A stretch of 64,000 nt of DNA from Candidatus Omnitrophota bacterium. GTDB taxonomy: Bacteria; Omnitrophota; Gorgyraeia; B26-G9. Below the pieces are notes generated by a model. The model was not told where the DNA came from. It saw nothing but the letters and a program-made list of their open reading frames with translations, and did no database searches. Positions 53,434-63,204 of this stretch are shown in pieces; positions within the stretch are counted from its first letter, which is position 1; the number at the start of each line of letters is the position of its first letter. Position numbers and translations under genes: made by a program. The stretch covers positions 11,472 to 75,471 of the forward strand of contig JAHIOQ010000073.1 in NCBI GenBank assembly GCA_018895275.1, in the 5' to 3' direction.

Positions 53434-56124
53434 ATGCCTGAACAAAATTGGAACGAACATCGGACACGAAAACAGTATATCGATAAGCTCCTCATTAATT
53501 CAAAATGGGGGCCTATAGTCCCTTTTGAAGAGGGCAAGACTTACGACCATGCTTCTGTAGAGGAGTATCCTACGCAGACAGGGCCTTGCGACTACGCGCT
53601 TTTTCATGCAAAGCGTCCTCTGATCGCTGTTGAGGGAAAGAAGGTTTCTGTTGGGCCTCAAAATGTGCTTCAACAGGCACAGCGTTACGCCCGGGGATTT
53701 CAGAAGAGTCCGTTTACTTTTGGCGAATATCATCTCCCGTTTATTTACTCAACCAATGGCAAGATTATTTGGTTTCAGGATTTACGCCATCCCTTGAACC
53801 GTTCAAGAGAAATAACCGCAATCCACACACCCAATGCTTTAGAGGAATTGCTATCAAGGGACGAAGACACTGCAAAAGCGTGGTTGAGAAACAATACAAT
53901 CGACAATCCGGTTTTACGTCCTTATCAAAAAGAGGCTATTGCGGCTATCGAGCAGGCCATCGCTGACAGAAAGCGCAATATGCTCGTTGCTATGGCAACC
54001 GGAACGGGAAAAACATTCACGATCATCAATTTGATATACCGGCTTATGAAGTCCGGCCTTGCCAAACGTATTTTATTCCTTGTCGACAGGCGCGCGCTTG
54101 CGGCACAGGCGGTTACCGCGCTTGCCAGTTTTGAGGCGGAGCCAAATCTCAAATTTGATAAATGCTATGAGGTATACAGCCAGCGTTTCAGACGTGAGGA
54201 TTTGGATGAAGATATAAAGTATGATTCGAAAGTCTTGCCTACGGATTATCTTACGAATCCGAAAAGTCGGGACAGCTTCGTTTATGTTTGCACCATTCAA
54301 AGGATGGGCATTAATCTTTTTGGTCAAGACGGTATGTTTGGGCAATCGACTGGCGATTTGGACGATGAGTCGGATGCCGACGCAAAACTCGATATTCCTA
54401 TTCATGCTTTTGATGTGGTTATAGCGGACGAATGCCATCGTGGATATACCGCACAGGAAGAGAGCAAGTGGCGTGAGACCTTAAAGCACTTCGACGGTAT
54501 ACGTATTGGCCTTACCGCAACGCCAGCGGCACATACAACCGCATTTTTTAAGGATGTAGTCTTCCGTTACGAATATGAGCGTGCCGTAAAAGAAGGGTTT
54601 CTGGTTGATTATGACGCAGTATCGATTAAGTCAGACATAACGTTTAATGGAGCGTTTCTAAAGGAAGGCGAAGAGGTCGGGCTCAAAGATACCAAAACCG
54701 GCCAGTTGGTTTTTGATATATTAGAGGATGAACGAGTTCTTGCACCGGAGAGCAATGAAGCGGAATGGACAGCACCCGACAGGAATAGAAAGATTGTTAA
54801 AGAGCTGAAAAAATATCTTTTATCCCAAGAGGAAACGTTGGGACACTTTCCTAAGACTTTAATCTTTGCTGAGAACGATCTGGCTCATACATCGCATTGC
54901 GATCAATTGATTGATATGCTTCGGGGTGAATTTAATCGAGGCGATGCTTTTGTACAAAAGATAACTGGAAGCCCTACTGTTGACAGGCCGCTTCAACGTA
55001 TTAGGGAATTTAGGAATAGGCAGAATCCGGGCATTGTTGTGACGGTTGATATGCTCTCTACAGGTGTGGACGTTCCGAAGATTGAGAATATTGTTTTTTT
55101 GCGGCCGGTAAGATCAAGAATTCTTTTTGAGCAGATGATGGGGCGAGGGACGCGGCTTTGTCCGGAGATTAATAAAACGCACTTCACAGTTTTTGACTGC
55201 TTTGGTGGCACTCTGCTTGAATATTTTAAGCAGACAACCAGTATTACCGCAGAAGCTCCTATAAAGCCCACAAAAACTATCCGTGAAATAGTTCAGGCGA
55301 TTGCGGATAACCAAAGCAGGGCATACAACATTAAAGTTTTATCGAAAAGGCTTCAGCGTATTTCAAAGAACATCACACAGGAGAGTAGAAACGAATTTAA
55401 TTATATTCTCGGGGAAGATATCGCTGATTTCGCAATGACCCTTGAGGACAAACTTTCCAAGAATTGGGCCGGAACTATAAAGACTCTCCAAGGCGAAGCT
55501 TTCCTTCATATTTGTGAAAACTATCAGCGGCCTAAACGTGAGTTTATCATTGCAGAGTCCGCAGAAGACCTTGTGACATCCGAGGTTATTTTTAGAGCGG
55601 CCGATGGCAAAGAGCTTAAGCCGGGAGATTATTTAAAGCTATTCGAGGGATTTGTCAGAGATAATCCGGAGCATATTGACGCAATAGATATTCTTCTTAA
55701 TAAGCCAAAGGATTTTCACACTGATGAGCTAAAAGCATTGCGTGAAAAACTTGCAACCAACCCAGACGCTTTGCTTGATAAGTTTAACGAGCGCAATCTC
55801 CGCAGGGCCTACAACAAAGAGTTAGCAGACATTATTTCCATGATCAGGCATGCGGCTAAGAACGACGAGCTTTTAACTGTAGAAACCCGCGTTGATCGAG
55901 CTTTGTCTAAAGTAAAAGCAAAACATCATTTTACCGAGGCGCAGGAGAAATGGCTTGAGCATATTCGGCACCATTTGATCGCCAATTTGTTGATTGAAAA
56001 AGATGATATTGATACGTTGCCTATTTTTACAAGACAAGGGGTGAATTATACACAATTAAATCGGGTTTTTGACGGCAAGCTCGATGAACTCTTAAAAGAG
56101 ATAAATGAGGCGGTGCTAACATGA
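53434..56124 (+). CDS. hsdR: Type I restriction enzyme R subunit (EcoEI-like)
   Basis: 896 aa. N-terminal nuclease region (CDYALF...VEGKK). SF2 helicase motifs MATGTGKT and ADECHRG (DEAH). EcoEI-R-C-like tail. Overlaps the hsdM start by 4 nt. Confidence 0.85.
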   Translation: MPEQNWNEHRTRKQYIDKLLINSKWGPIVPFEEGKTYDHASVEEYPTQTGPCDYALFHAKRPLIAVEGKKVSVGPQNVLQQAQRYARGFQKSPFTFGEYHLPFIYSTNGKIIWFQDLRHPLNRSREITAIHTPNALEELLSRDEDTAKAWLRNNTIDNPVLRPYQKEAIAAIEQAIADRKRNMLVAMATGTGKTFTIINLIYRLMKSGLAKRILFLVDRRALAAQAVTALASFEAEPNLKFDKCYEVYSQRFRREDLDEDIKYDSKVLPTDYLTNPKSRDSFVYVCTIQRMGINLFGQDGMFGQSTGDLDDESDADAKLDIPIHAFDVVIADECHRGYTAQEESKWRETLKHFDGIRIGLTATPAAHTTAFFKDVVFRYEYERAVKEGFLVDYDAVSIKSDITFNGAFLKEGEEVGLKDTKTGQLVFDILEDERVLAPESNEAEWTAPDRNRKIVKELKKYLLSQEETLGHFPKTLIFAENDLAHTSHCDQLIDMLRGEFNRGDAFVQKITGSPTVDRPLQRIREFRNRQNPGIVVTVDMLSTGVDVPKIENIVFLRPVRSRILFEQMMGRGTRLCPEINKTHFTVFDCFGGTLLEYFKQTTSITAEAPIKPTKTIREIVQAIADNQSRAYNIKVLSKRLQRISKNITQESRNEFNYILGEDIADFAMTLEDKLSKNWAGTIKTLQGEAFLHICENYQRPKREFIIAESAEDLVTSEVIFRAADGKELKPGDYLKLFEGFVRDNPEHIDAIDILLNKPKDFHTDELKALREKLATNPDALLDKFNERNLRRAYNKELADIISMIRHAAKNDELLTVETRVDRALSKVKAKHHFTEAQEKWLEHIRHHLIANLLIEKDDIDTLPIFTRQGVNYTQLNRVFDGKLDELLKEINEAVLT

Positions 56125-57527
56125 GCGATGTAGTCGGTAAATTATGGGGCTTCTGCCATACGCTTCGTCATGACGGCGTTGATTATGGCGATTATATTGA
56201 ACAGCTTACTTATTTGCTGTTTTTAAAGATGGCAGAGGAGAAGGGCGCGGATATTCCCAAGGAATATTCTTGGCCGGTCCTGCGTGAGAAGTCCGGTACA
56301 GAATTAACCGATTTCTATGTGGATGCTTTAAGAGGCCTTGGCAAACAAAAAGGAACGCTTGGCGACATCTATGCTGGTGCCATATCTAAATTCGCAAATC
56401 CGGTTAATCTCAAGAAGCTTATCAATCTCATCGATGAGATTGAGTGGACGAGTCTTAATGTCGATGTTAAAGCGGCCGCTTACGAGGGCCTACTCGAAAA
56501 ATCTGCTTCTGAAGGGAAAAAGGGCGCGGGGCAATATTTCACACCACGCGTTCTTATCCAATCAATTGTTACGTGCATGAAACCGGATCCGCGTAAATCA
56601 AAAGACTTTATTATTCACGATCCTGCCGCTGGAACAGGCGGATTCTTAGTTTGCGCCTATGAATGGCTTATTGAGCAGACTAAGGGCAGTCTAGAACGTG
56701 ATGATGCCAAGCGAATCACAAATAAGGTTTACACCGGTACAGAGCTCGTTGCCCGGCCCCGGCGTCTTGCTTTAATGAATTTGTATCTACATGGCATTCA
56801 TGCTGATATCTATCTTGGTGACTCCATCTATGAGCCGACAAAAGGCACAAGATATGATTGTATTCTTACCAATCCACCATTCGGCACGAAAGGCGCAAAT
56901 CAGGCGCCGGAGAGAGATGATTTCACGATCTCAACAAGCAATAAACAGCTCAATTTTATTCAGCATGTTATGAATACCTTAAGGCCCGGTGGACGTGCGG
57001 CTATGGTTTTGCCGGATAACTGCTTATTTGAAGATAAGGCAGGAGAGGTTCTACAAATTCTTATGCAGGATTGCAATCTGCACACTATTTTACGTCTGCC
57101 GCGCGGGACATTTACGCCTTACAGCCAAGGGGTCAAAGCGAATGTGATTTTCTTCCAAAAAGGCGCTCCGACAGAAAACGTTTGGATTTTTGACGCTCGC
57201 TCTAATGTACCCGGTATTACGAAAAAAGATAGGCCGCTTTCGTCAGAGCATTTTAAGGAATTTGAGAAATGTTATGGCATGGATTCGAACGGTCAAAGCA
57301 AGCGGACAGATTTAGGTATTGAAGGTCGCTTCCGCAGGTTCAACATTCAAGAAGTTAAGGATCGTGGATATAAGCTTGATATGATGTGGCTCAAAGACGA
57401 TTCGCTTGAAGATAGTGATGAACTCCCAGAGCCTCAGGATTTGGCCAGCGAGGCAATTACTGAGCTCGAAGCAATTGTAGACAGCCTTAAAGAAATTGTA
57501 ACGGAGCTAGGGAATAATGGAGAATAA
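56121..57527 (+). CDS. hsdM: Type I restriction-modification N6-adenine DNA methyltransferase
   Basis: 468 aa. HsdM_N-like N-terminus, SAM motif DPAAGTGGFL, catalytic NPPFG. Confidence 0.9.
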   Translation: MSDVVGKLWGFCHTLRHDGVDYGDYIEQLTYLLFLKMAEEKGADIPKEYSWPVLREKSGTELTDFYVDALRGLGKQKGTLGDIYAGAISKFANPVNLKKLINLIDEIEWTSLNVDVKAAAYEGLLEKSASEGKKGAGQYFTPRVLIQSIVTCMKPDPRKSKDFIIHDPAAGTGGFLVCAYEWLIEQTKGSLERDDAKRITNKVYTGTELVARPRRLALMNLYLHGIHADIYLGDSIYEPTKGTRYDCILTNPPFGTKGANQAPERDDFTISTSNKQLNFIQHVMNTLRPGGRAAMVLPDNCLFEDKAGEVLQILMQDCNLHTILRLPRGTFTPYSQGVKANVIFFQKGAPTENVWIFDARSNVPGITKKDRPLSSEHFKEFEKCYGMDSNGQSKRTDLGIEGRFRRFNIQEVKDRGYKLDMMWLKDDSLEDSDELPEPQDLASEAITELEAIVDSLKEIVTELGNNGE

Positions 57528-58743
57528 AATACCAAATGGATGGACGGCTTGTCCTTTGAAAGACGTTGTTTCTTCTCGCAAAGGAAAAAAACCTAACGCC
57601 GTAATTGATCATGCGAAAAAAGGATATGACCCTTATATATTGATCGATGAATTGGAGGGCAACTCTCCGCGGACATATACGAATGATTCTAAAATACCCA
57701 GAGCAACAGAAAAGGATGTTTTACTGGTTTGGGATGGGAGTATAGGTAAATGTGCGAGTGGGTTATCCGGGGCAGTTGGCTCAACAATAGTAGTTTTGTC
57801 TCCTAAGAATGGACTAAATACCAAATATTTAGAATATTTTATCAAGCGAAGCAAGAATTATATTACAGAAACAAGCACTGGGTCAGGTCTTCAGCATGTA
57901 AATAAAAGCTTGCTTAAAACGCTGGAGATTCCTTGGCCTCCCGATGGCGGACAAAAACGTATTGTCGATAAACTGGACGTGTTGCTGACAAAAGTCAAAG
58001 ATGCTCAATCCCGCCTCGATAAAATTCCCACGATCTTAGGTCGTTTTCGTCAGTCTATTCTTGCCTCGGCCTTTTCCGGAAAGCTTACAAAAGAATGGCG
58101 CAAGAAAAATAAAATAGATACCGAATGGCAGGATAGCGAATTGGGCGGAGTTTTAGCCGACCTAAAATATGGGACAGCAAAAAAGTGCTTCAGAGAAAAG
58201 ATGAAACACACTGTTTTAAGAATCCCAAATGTTGTTCGAGGATATATTGATTCGAATGATCTGAAATACGCTGACCTAGATAAAAAGGAATACGAGAGTT
58301 TAAAGCTTGAGATAGAAGACATCTTATTGATTCGGTCAAATGGGAGCGTTTCGCTTGTTGGCCGGACGGCTTTAGTCACAGATAAAGAAAAAGGCATGGC
58401 GTATGCAGGTTATTTAATACGGCTTCGGGTAAATAAAGATTTGATTATTCCCGAATTCCTGCAATATCAGTTTCAATCATATGCTATGCGACTCCAGATT
58501 GAGCTACCAGCACGATCAACAAGTGGCGTCAATAATATCAATAGTGAAGAAGTCAGGAATTTGCAAATAGCCTTGCCATCGCTTGATGAGCAAAGAGAGG
58601 TTGTCAGAAGGTTAAAAGCGACCTTTGCGTTTCTCGAAAAAAACGAGCAAGAGTTCAATAAGGCTAAAAGCTATGCCGATAAGCTCGAGCAGTCTATTTT
58701 AGCCAAAGCCTTCCGCGGCGAGCTTGTTTCGCAGGATGGATAA
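57517..58743 (+). CDS. hsdS: Type I restriction-modification specificity subunit
   Basis: 408 aa. Two target-recognition halves separated by conserved helices (LPPLDEQKRIV-like: WPPDGGQKRIVDKLD and LPSLDEQREVVRRL). Confidence 0.85.
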   Translation: MENKIPNGWTACPLKDVVSSRKGKKPNAVIDHAKKGYDPYILIDELEGNSPRTYTNDSKIPRATEKDVLLVWDGSIGKCASGLSGAVGSTIVVLSPKNGLNTKYLEYFIKRSKNYITETSTGSGLQHVNKSLLKTLEIPWPPDGGQKRIVDKLDVLLTKVKDAQSRLDKIPTILGRFRQSILASAFSGKLTKEWRKKNKIDTEWQDSELGGVLADLKYGTAKKCFREKMKHTVLRIPNVVRGYIDSNDLKYADLDKKEYESLKLEIEDILLIRSNGSVSLVGRTALVTDKEKGMAYAGYLIRLRVNKDLIIPEFLQYQFQSYAMRLQIELPARSTSGVNNINSEEVRNLQIALPSLDEQREVVRRLKATFAFLEKNEQEFNKAKSYADKLEQSILAKAFRGELVSQDG

Positions 58744-58745
58744 TT

Positions 58746-59933
58746 ATGGATAGAAGTATAAGAAAATCGATTTACGTGAATGAGCTTAATTATGTTATGC
58801 AATTAAGCAAGATAACTGATGATAAGCGGTCTCGCATAATTCCAGAATTGTTCGAAAATCCACAGGCAGAGAAAATATATCTTTTAAAAGAAGAAATACG
58901 AACTCTTGCTGAGCTCGAGAATAGGATTAAAAAAATAATTGATCAACAGGATGGCGTTTCTGCCCTTCTGAATATTTTTTCCGTGACTGATGATTTAGTT
59001 ATTCCGTCAGAATTAAGGGAAGTTTTATTTAGCAATGTGAAACTCGTATTTTTTATAGGTGCTGGTATCTCAAAATTGCTCGAAGTTCCTTTGTGGGCTG
59101 ACTTAGCAAATAACGTAATTAATCATTTGAAAGAGAACAGTGACTTAAATCATACTGAAGCAATTAGGTTACAAGATGAAAGGTATACAAGTAGACAAAT
59201 TATTTCAATATTCCACCAAGTTATAAAAGATAGAAATAAAATTAAAAACTTTTATGAAAAATATCTGGTTGGACAGGGTAATAAGAATGGCAATCCTTAT
59301 GAGTTACTTTTTGAGCTTGAAGAAGCTCTCGCCAAACCGGTGCTTAAGATTTCTACTAACATTGATTTAGAGTGGGAAAAGATATTAAGGCGGAAGGCCG
59401 ATAAGCAAAAACAGGACCAAAGTAGAGAAGGTCAAACGTCTTCGGCACCTGTTTGTTACGATAAGTCACAATATGAGAATTTTCAGTTTGATCAAGAGAT
59501 TACAAGTAACATTTTATATCAGATTCATGGGAGCATGCACAATTTAGACACGGCTGTTATGACCACCTCGCAGTACGTGAACAATTATAGGGATGAAAAA
59601 GGGTTAAGGGGGTTTCTTGAAAAGATTTTTAAGGAAAATATTGTCCTGTTTATTGGTTCAGGTATGCAAGAGTTTGAAATTATCGAACATTGTCTAAGGC
59701 AATCTCCTTTTAAACATTTTGCATTAGTTGGGACTCGAGTAGGCGAAGAGAATCTTTTTAGAATAAAAAGAGCATATTTCTCAGAAATAAACATTAAGGC
59801 GCTCCCATATTATCTTGATTTCCAAGGCTATGACAGGCTTTTATTTGTATTGCGATCTTGGGCTGATGAAGTTAAATCGGCGAAGAAGAAGCAATTTTAC
59901 GAAGATATCAAGTTGATCGACGAGGTTTTATAA
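58746..59933 (+). CDS. SIR2-like (SIR2_2-type) NAD-binding domain protein with a ~95-aa N-terminal extension
   Basis: VFFIGAGISKLLEVPLWADLA, ISTNIDLEWE, QIHGSMHN and VLFIGSGMQEFEI motifs. ATG lies 2 nt after the hsdS stop. Confidence 0.75.
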   Translation: MDRSIRKSIYVNELNYVMQLSKITDDKRSRIIPELFENPQAEKIYLLKEEIRTLAELENRIKKIIDQQDGVSALLNIFSVTDDLVIPSELREVLFSNVKLVFFIGAGISKLLEVPLWADLANNVINHLKENSDLNHTEAIRLQDERYTSRQIISIFHQVIKDRNKIKNFYEKYLVGQGNKNGNPYELLFELEEALAKPVLKISTNIDLEWEKILRRKADKQKQDQSREGQTSSAPVCYDKSQYENFQFDQEITSNILYQIHGSMHNLDTAVMTTSQYVNNYRDEKGLRGFLEKIFKENIVLFIGSGMQEFEIIEHCLRQSPFKHFALVGTRVGEENLFRIKRAYFSEINIKALPYYLDFQGYDRLLFVLRSWADEVKSAKKKQFYEDIKLIDEVL

Positions 59934-59934
59934 C

Positions 59935-62900
59935 ATGCTTAGCGATAAAGAAAAAAAAGTAATTGCGCTTATTGAACAAAATCCATCGCATGGCAATTAC
60001 TATTTTAATAAAGTTAAAGATTTGAAATGGTTTTATCCTTTGAAAGAAAGAGGATTTTTCCTTCCAGCAAAGATTCCCCGATCAAGCAGTGGCGATTTTT
60101 TGTTCTGGAACGTCCTTGACTATCTCGAACGTGTTTCAGAACAGGTTGCTCAAAATACCCAATATGGGAATGAGCTAATTGAAATTATTGAAAGTCTTGC
60201 GCAGTTTTCTCTAACTAAGGGAAGGATCAATAATTACCATATCTGGTGGTATTGCGTAAAAATCTTAAATAATCTGCCATCCGCAGTCATTAAAGAGAGT
60301 CTCGCCGTAGATAAATTGAAGACATGGCTTTCTGTATGGACTGATCATTCGCTGGGGAGTGACCTGACTATCAGCGATATCGGGGAAAAGCTTTTGCCTA
60401 AATTTCTGAACGATGATTTTGCTCCAGATTATGTATATGCCGAGAACATCGTTTTCGCAATTACTACGATTCGAGCGGGTGGCAAAGCAAATGCTTTTAC
60501 GAAACGCGATGACGCCTTTATGGTGTGGCAAGTCTATTGGATTTTGGACGCGTTTAAGAAGTATAGCCAACTGATCGGAAAAAAATGCTCTATTCGTATC
60601 GTTTACGAATTAGCGGATAGGTTGAGCAGGGCGTTGGAGTACAAGCAAAAGGATCATTACACTGACTTAGAGATCAGGGGTGCGGTTTATCGTCTTAAGG
60701 TCGCTAGAGTCTTTGAGGATAGCTTAAAACCCGGGGAAATCAGGTTCCAAGATGATAAATATGACGGTATGGTAAATCAATTTTCAGGAGATCAGCTTAA
60801 GAGTGTAGATCGTGAGAATGATTTCTGGGCGCTTCATAATCTTGAACCGCAGATTGAGTTAAAGCGTTTCGCATTTACTGCGTTAACAAAAGATTCGTTT
60901 ATTGCCGAAATAAAAAGAAATCTGCCCGAAGGCATTAAATGGGATACGGCAGATAAATACGAACAAAAACTTTTGAGTGTTCATGAGGGCCTATTTTCAG
61001 ATTATTCGCACGTGTGGTGCCGGACGTTGAAAAGTGGTCCTGAACATGGGGATGGGGCAGAAGATGTCTTAACCGCAATTTTACGAGATGTGTTACTTGC
61101 TAAGTGCGAAGCGAATCGAGAAGAGGGAAAGCAGGTATTAGATGCCTTTTTAAAGGATAACAAATATCAGTTTCCTATCTTTCGACGCTTTGTTCTTTTA
61201 TGCGTTGATAAGTTCTGGGCAGATTATTGTGATTATTTAGACAGATTACTTGAAGTTGTTCCGACCGTTCTTGCAGAATCTGATCTTGAAATAGAAATGT
61301 ACGATGTTCTTCAAAGTCATAATGCTGATTTCAGCTCTAGTTTAATAGAAAAGTTGAAAGTACTTATCGATAATGTTCCGCAGTATTACATTAATAAAGG
61401 GGACGAGAAGTTCGTAGCTTATTGGAAGTATAAATGGTTATCGCCGTTGCGCGAAAATTCGAAGTTTGCTTCCTTATATGAAGAGGCAAAACAAAAGGCT
61501 GAACCTAAAGACGGCAAACCGTATGACGTGGAACGTTCTGCATTTAAAGGAGGATTTGTAAGCCATAAATCCCCGGTTACAAAAGAAAAAATTTTACAGA
61601 TGCCGATTGCCGAGATAGTGAAATATTTGTCCGATTTTGAGGGTGCGGATTTCTGGCAGGGTACTTTTGAAGGTGAGCCGGATAAAGAAGGGCTAGCTGA
61701 TGTCTTGCAGGCCGCTGTAAAAGATGAGCCGAAGAAATTTACCGATAATCTGGAAGCATTTATTAGAACAGATTATTCTTATCTTCACAGAATACTGCGC
61801 GGGTTAAAGGATACCTGGAATGCGGGCATGGAAATTGATTGGCAAAGTATTTTTGATTTTTGTTTTAAATATTTTAGTAGAGGCAAAGACGTTATAGTCA
61901 AAGAAGCATTTGAAGCCCAAGAAGATGATAGGGGCAGTCATCTATGGATTGTTGAAGCTATTGTTGAATTGATTGGCGATGGCTCAAGGGATGACGCCAG
62001 AGCTTTTGCTCCACAGTATTTTGATAAGGCAGAAAAGATATTTGATTTGATTCTGCCGTTAGTTGAAGGCGGGAAGAGGATGGATCCCCAAAAGGATTCG
62101 TTGACCTATGCATTGAATACCACGCTTGGCCGGATGATTATGGCATACATGTCTTTTTCGTTAAGGGTTGCACGGATAACACAGAAGAGAAAAGGAAACT
62201 GGGGACAAAATAAATACGAAAGATTTTTTCCTCTTGGGGATGAAGTGTATATTTTATTTGGATGCTATTTGCCACAGATGAAGTACTTGGACAACGATTA
62301 CACGGCAGAGAAAATTAGATTATTTGATCAAAAAAATTCCGATAATTTTGAATGGCAGATGTTTATGGAGGGATATTTATTAAGAGCGCGAATTTATCAA
62401 GATTTATATGGCCTGATGCGTCAGAATTATCAGAAGGCTTTGGAAAGTACAGTGTTTATGGGGCGTGCTGATGAAAGGCTTGTTGAACACATTTGTAGAG
62501 GGTATCTTCAGCTTGGTGAATTGTTGGCACAAAATAATGACAATGGCCAGCCTAGTTTATTCTGGAAAATGCTTAATGAGGCCAATACGGCCGATAAGCG
62601 GAGTCGCTGGGAAGAAGTTGCAGATTTCTTTTGGTCAATATCTGGCAAGAGACTGAAGAAAGAAGAAAAAGATGATGATGATCAAGAAGAGCCATCCGAA
62701 AATTTCAAGAAAAAAGTATTGGCTTTCTGGAAATGGACATTTAAAGAACAGGCGCTCGTTAAGGAAAAATTAGGGGATGCATATGGTTCATTTTTAGGCC
62801 GCATGTCGGATTTAACGATTTGTCTTGATAAGATAGATGAAATCACAGAAAAGTGGCTTATGCTTTCAGCTCCTTTTATCGAGATGGATCATCGTTCAGC

Positions 62901-63153
62901 TTTCTTCATTGAGTATTTAACTAAATTTGATGACGAAGAGAGTGTTAAACGTATTGGCAAGATATTTTTGAAAGTCTTAGAGACTGCCACACCTACTTAC
63001 AAAAAAGAAGACATTCAACTAATTGTTGAAAGGTTATACAAGGTTGGGGAAAAAGACCCTGCTATCAAAGCGGACGCGGATAATATCTGTAACACTTATG
63101 GCAGGCGCGGGATTCATTTTCTGAAGGATTTGTTTTATAAGAATCAGAAATAA
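59935..63153 (+). CDS. 1072-aa protein of unknown function, predicted all-helical repeat; putative partner of the SIR2 protein
   Basis: Uninterrupted ORF starting 1 nt after the SIR2 stop, with GAGG at about -12. No signal peptide or TM. No P-loop, nuclease or protease motif found by eye. Trp/Tyr-rich, with an acidic patch KKEEKDDDDQEEPSE. Confidence 0.7.
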   Translation: MLSDKEKKVIALIEQNPSHGNYYFNKVKDLKWFYPLKERGFFLPAKIPRSSSGDFLFWNVLDYLERVSEQVAQNTQYGNELIEIIESLAQFSLTKGRINNYHIWWYCVKILNNLPSAVIKESLAVDKLKTWLSVWTDHSLGSDLTISDIGEKLLPKFLNDDFAPDYVYAENIVFAITTIRAGGKANAFTKRDDAFMVWQVYWILDAFKKYSQLIGKKCSIRIVYELADRLSRALEYKQKDHYTDLEIRGAVYRLKVARVFEDSLKPGEIRFQDDKYDGMVNQFSGDQLKSVDRENDFWALHNLEPQIELKRFAFTALTKDSFIAEIKRNLPEGIKWDTADKYEQKLLSVHEGLFSDYSHVWCRTLKSGPEHGDGAEDVLTAILRDVLLAKCEANREEGKQVLDAFLKDNKYQFPIFRRFVLLCVDKFWADYCDYLDRLLEVVPTVLAESDLEIEMYDVLQSHNADFSSSLIEKLKVLIDNVPQYYINKGDEKFVAYWKYKWLSPLRENSKFASLYEEAKQKAEPKDGKPYDVERSAFKGGFVSHKSPVTKEKILQMPIAEIVKYLSDFEGADFWQGTFEGEPDKEGLADVLQAAVKDEPKKFTDNLEAFIRTDYSYLHRILRGLKDTWNAGMEIDWQSIFDFCFKYFSRGKDVIVKEAFEAQEDDRGSHLWIVEAIVELIGDGSRDDARAFAPQYFDKAEKIFDLILPLVEGGKRMDPQKDSLTYALNTTLGRMIMAYMSFSLRVARITQKRKGNWGQNKYERFFPLGDEVYILFGCYLPQMKYLDNDYTAEKIRLFDQKNSDNFEWQMFMEGYLLRARIYQDLYGLMRQNYQKALESTVFMGRADERLVEHICRGYLQLGELLAQNNDNGQPSLFWKMLNEANTADKRSRWEEVADFFWSISGKRLKKEEKDDDDQEEPSENFKKKVLAFWKWTFKEQALVKEKLGDAYGSFLGRMSDLTICLDKIDEITEKWLMLSAPFIEMDHRSAFFIEYLTKFDDEESVKRIGKIFLKVLETATPTYKKEDIQLIVERLYKVGEKDPAIKADADNICNTYGRRGIHFLKDLFYKNQK

Positions 63154-63204
63154 GACATTATTGCTTTTGACAAGAATTTAATCTTTGTTAACAAGGGAGT
63201 ATAA

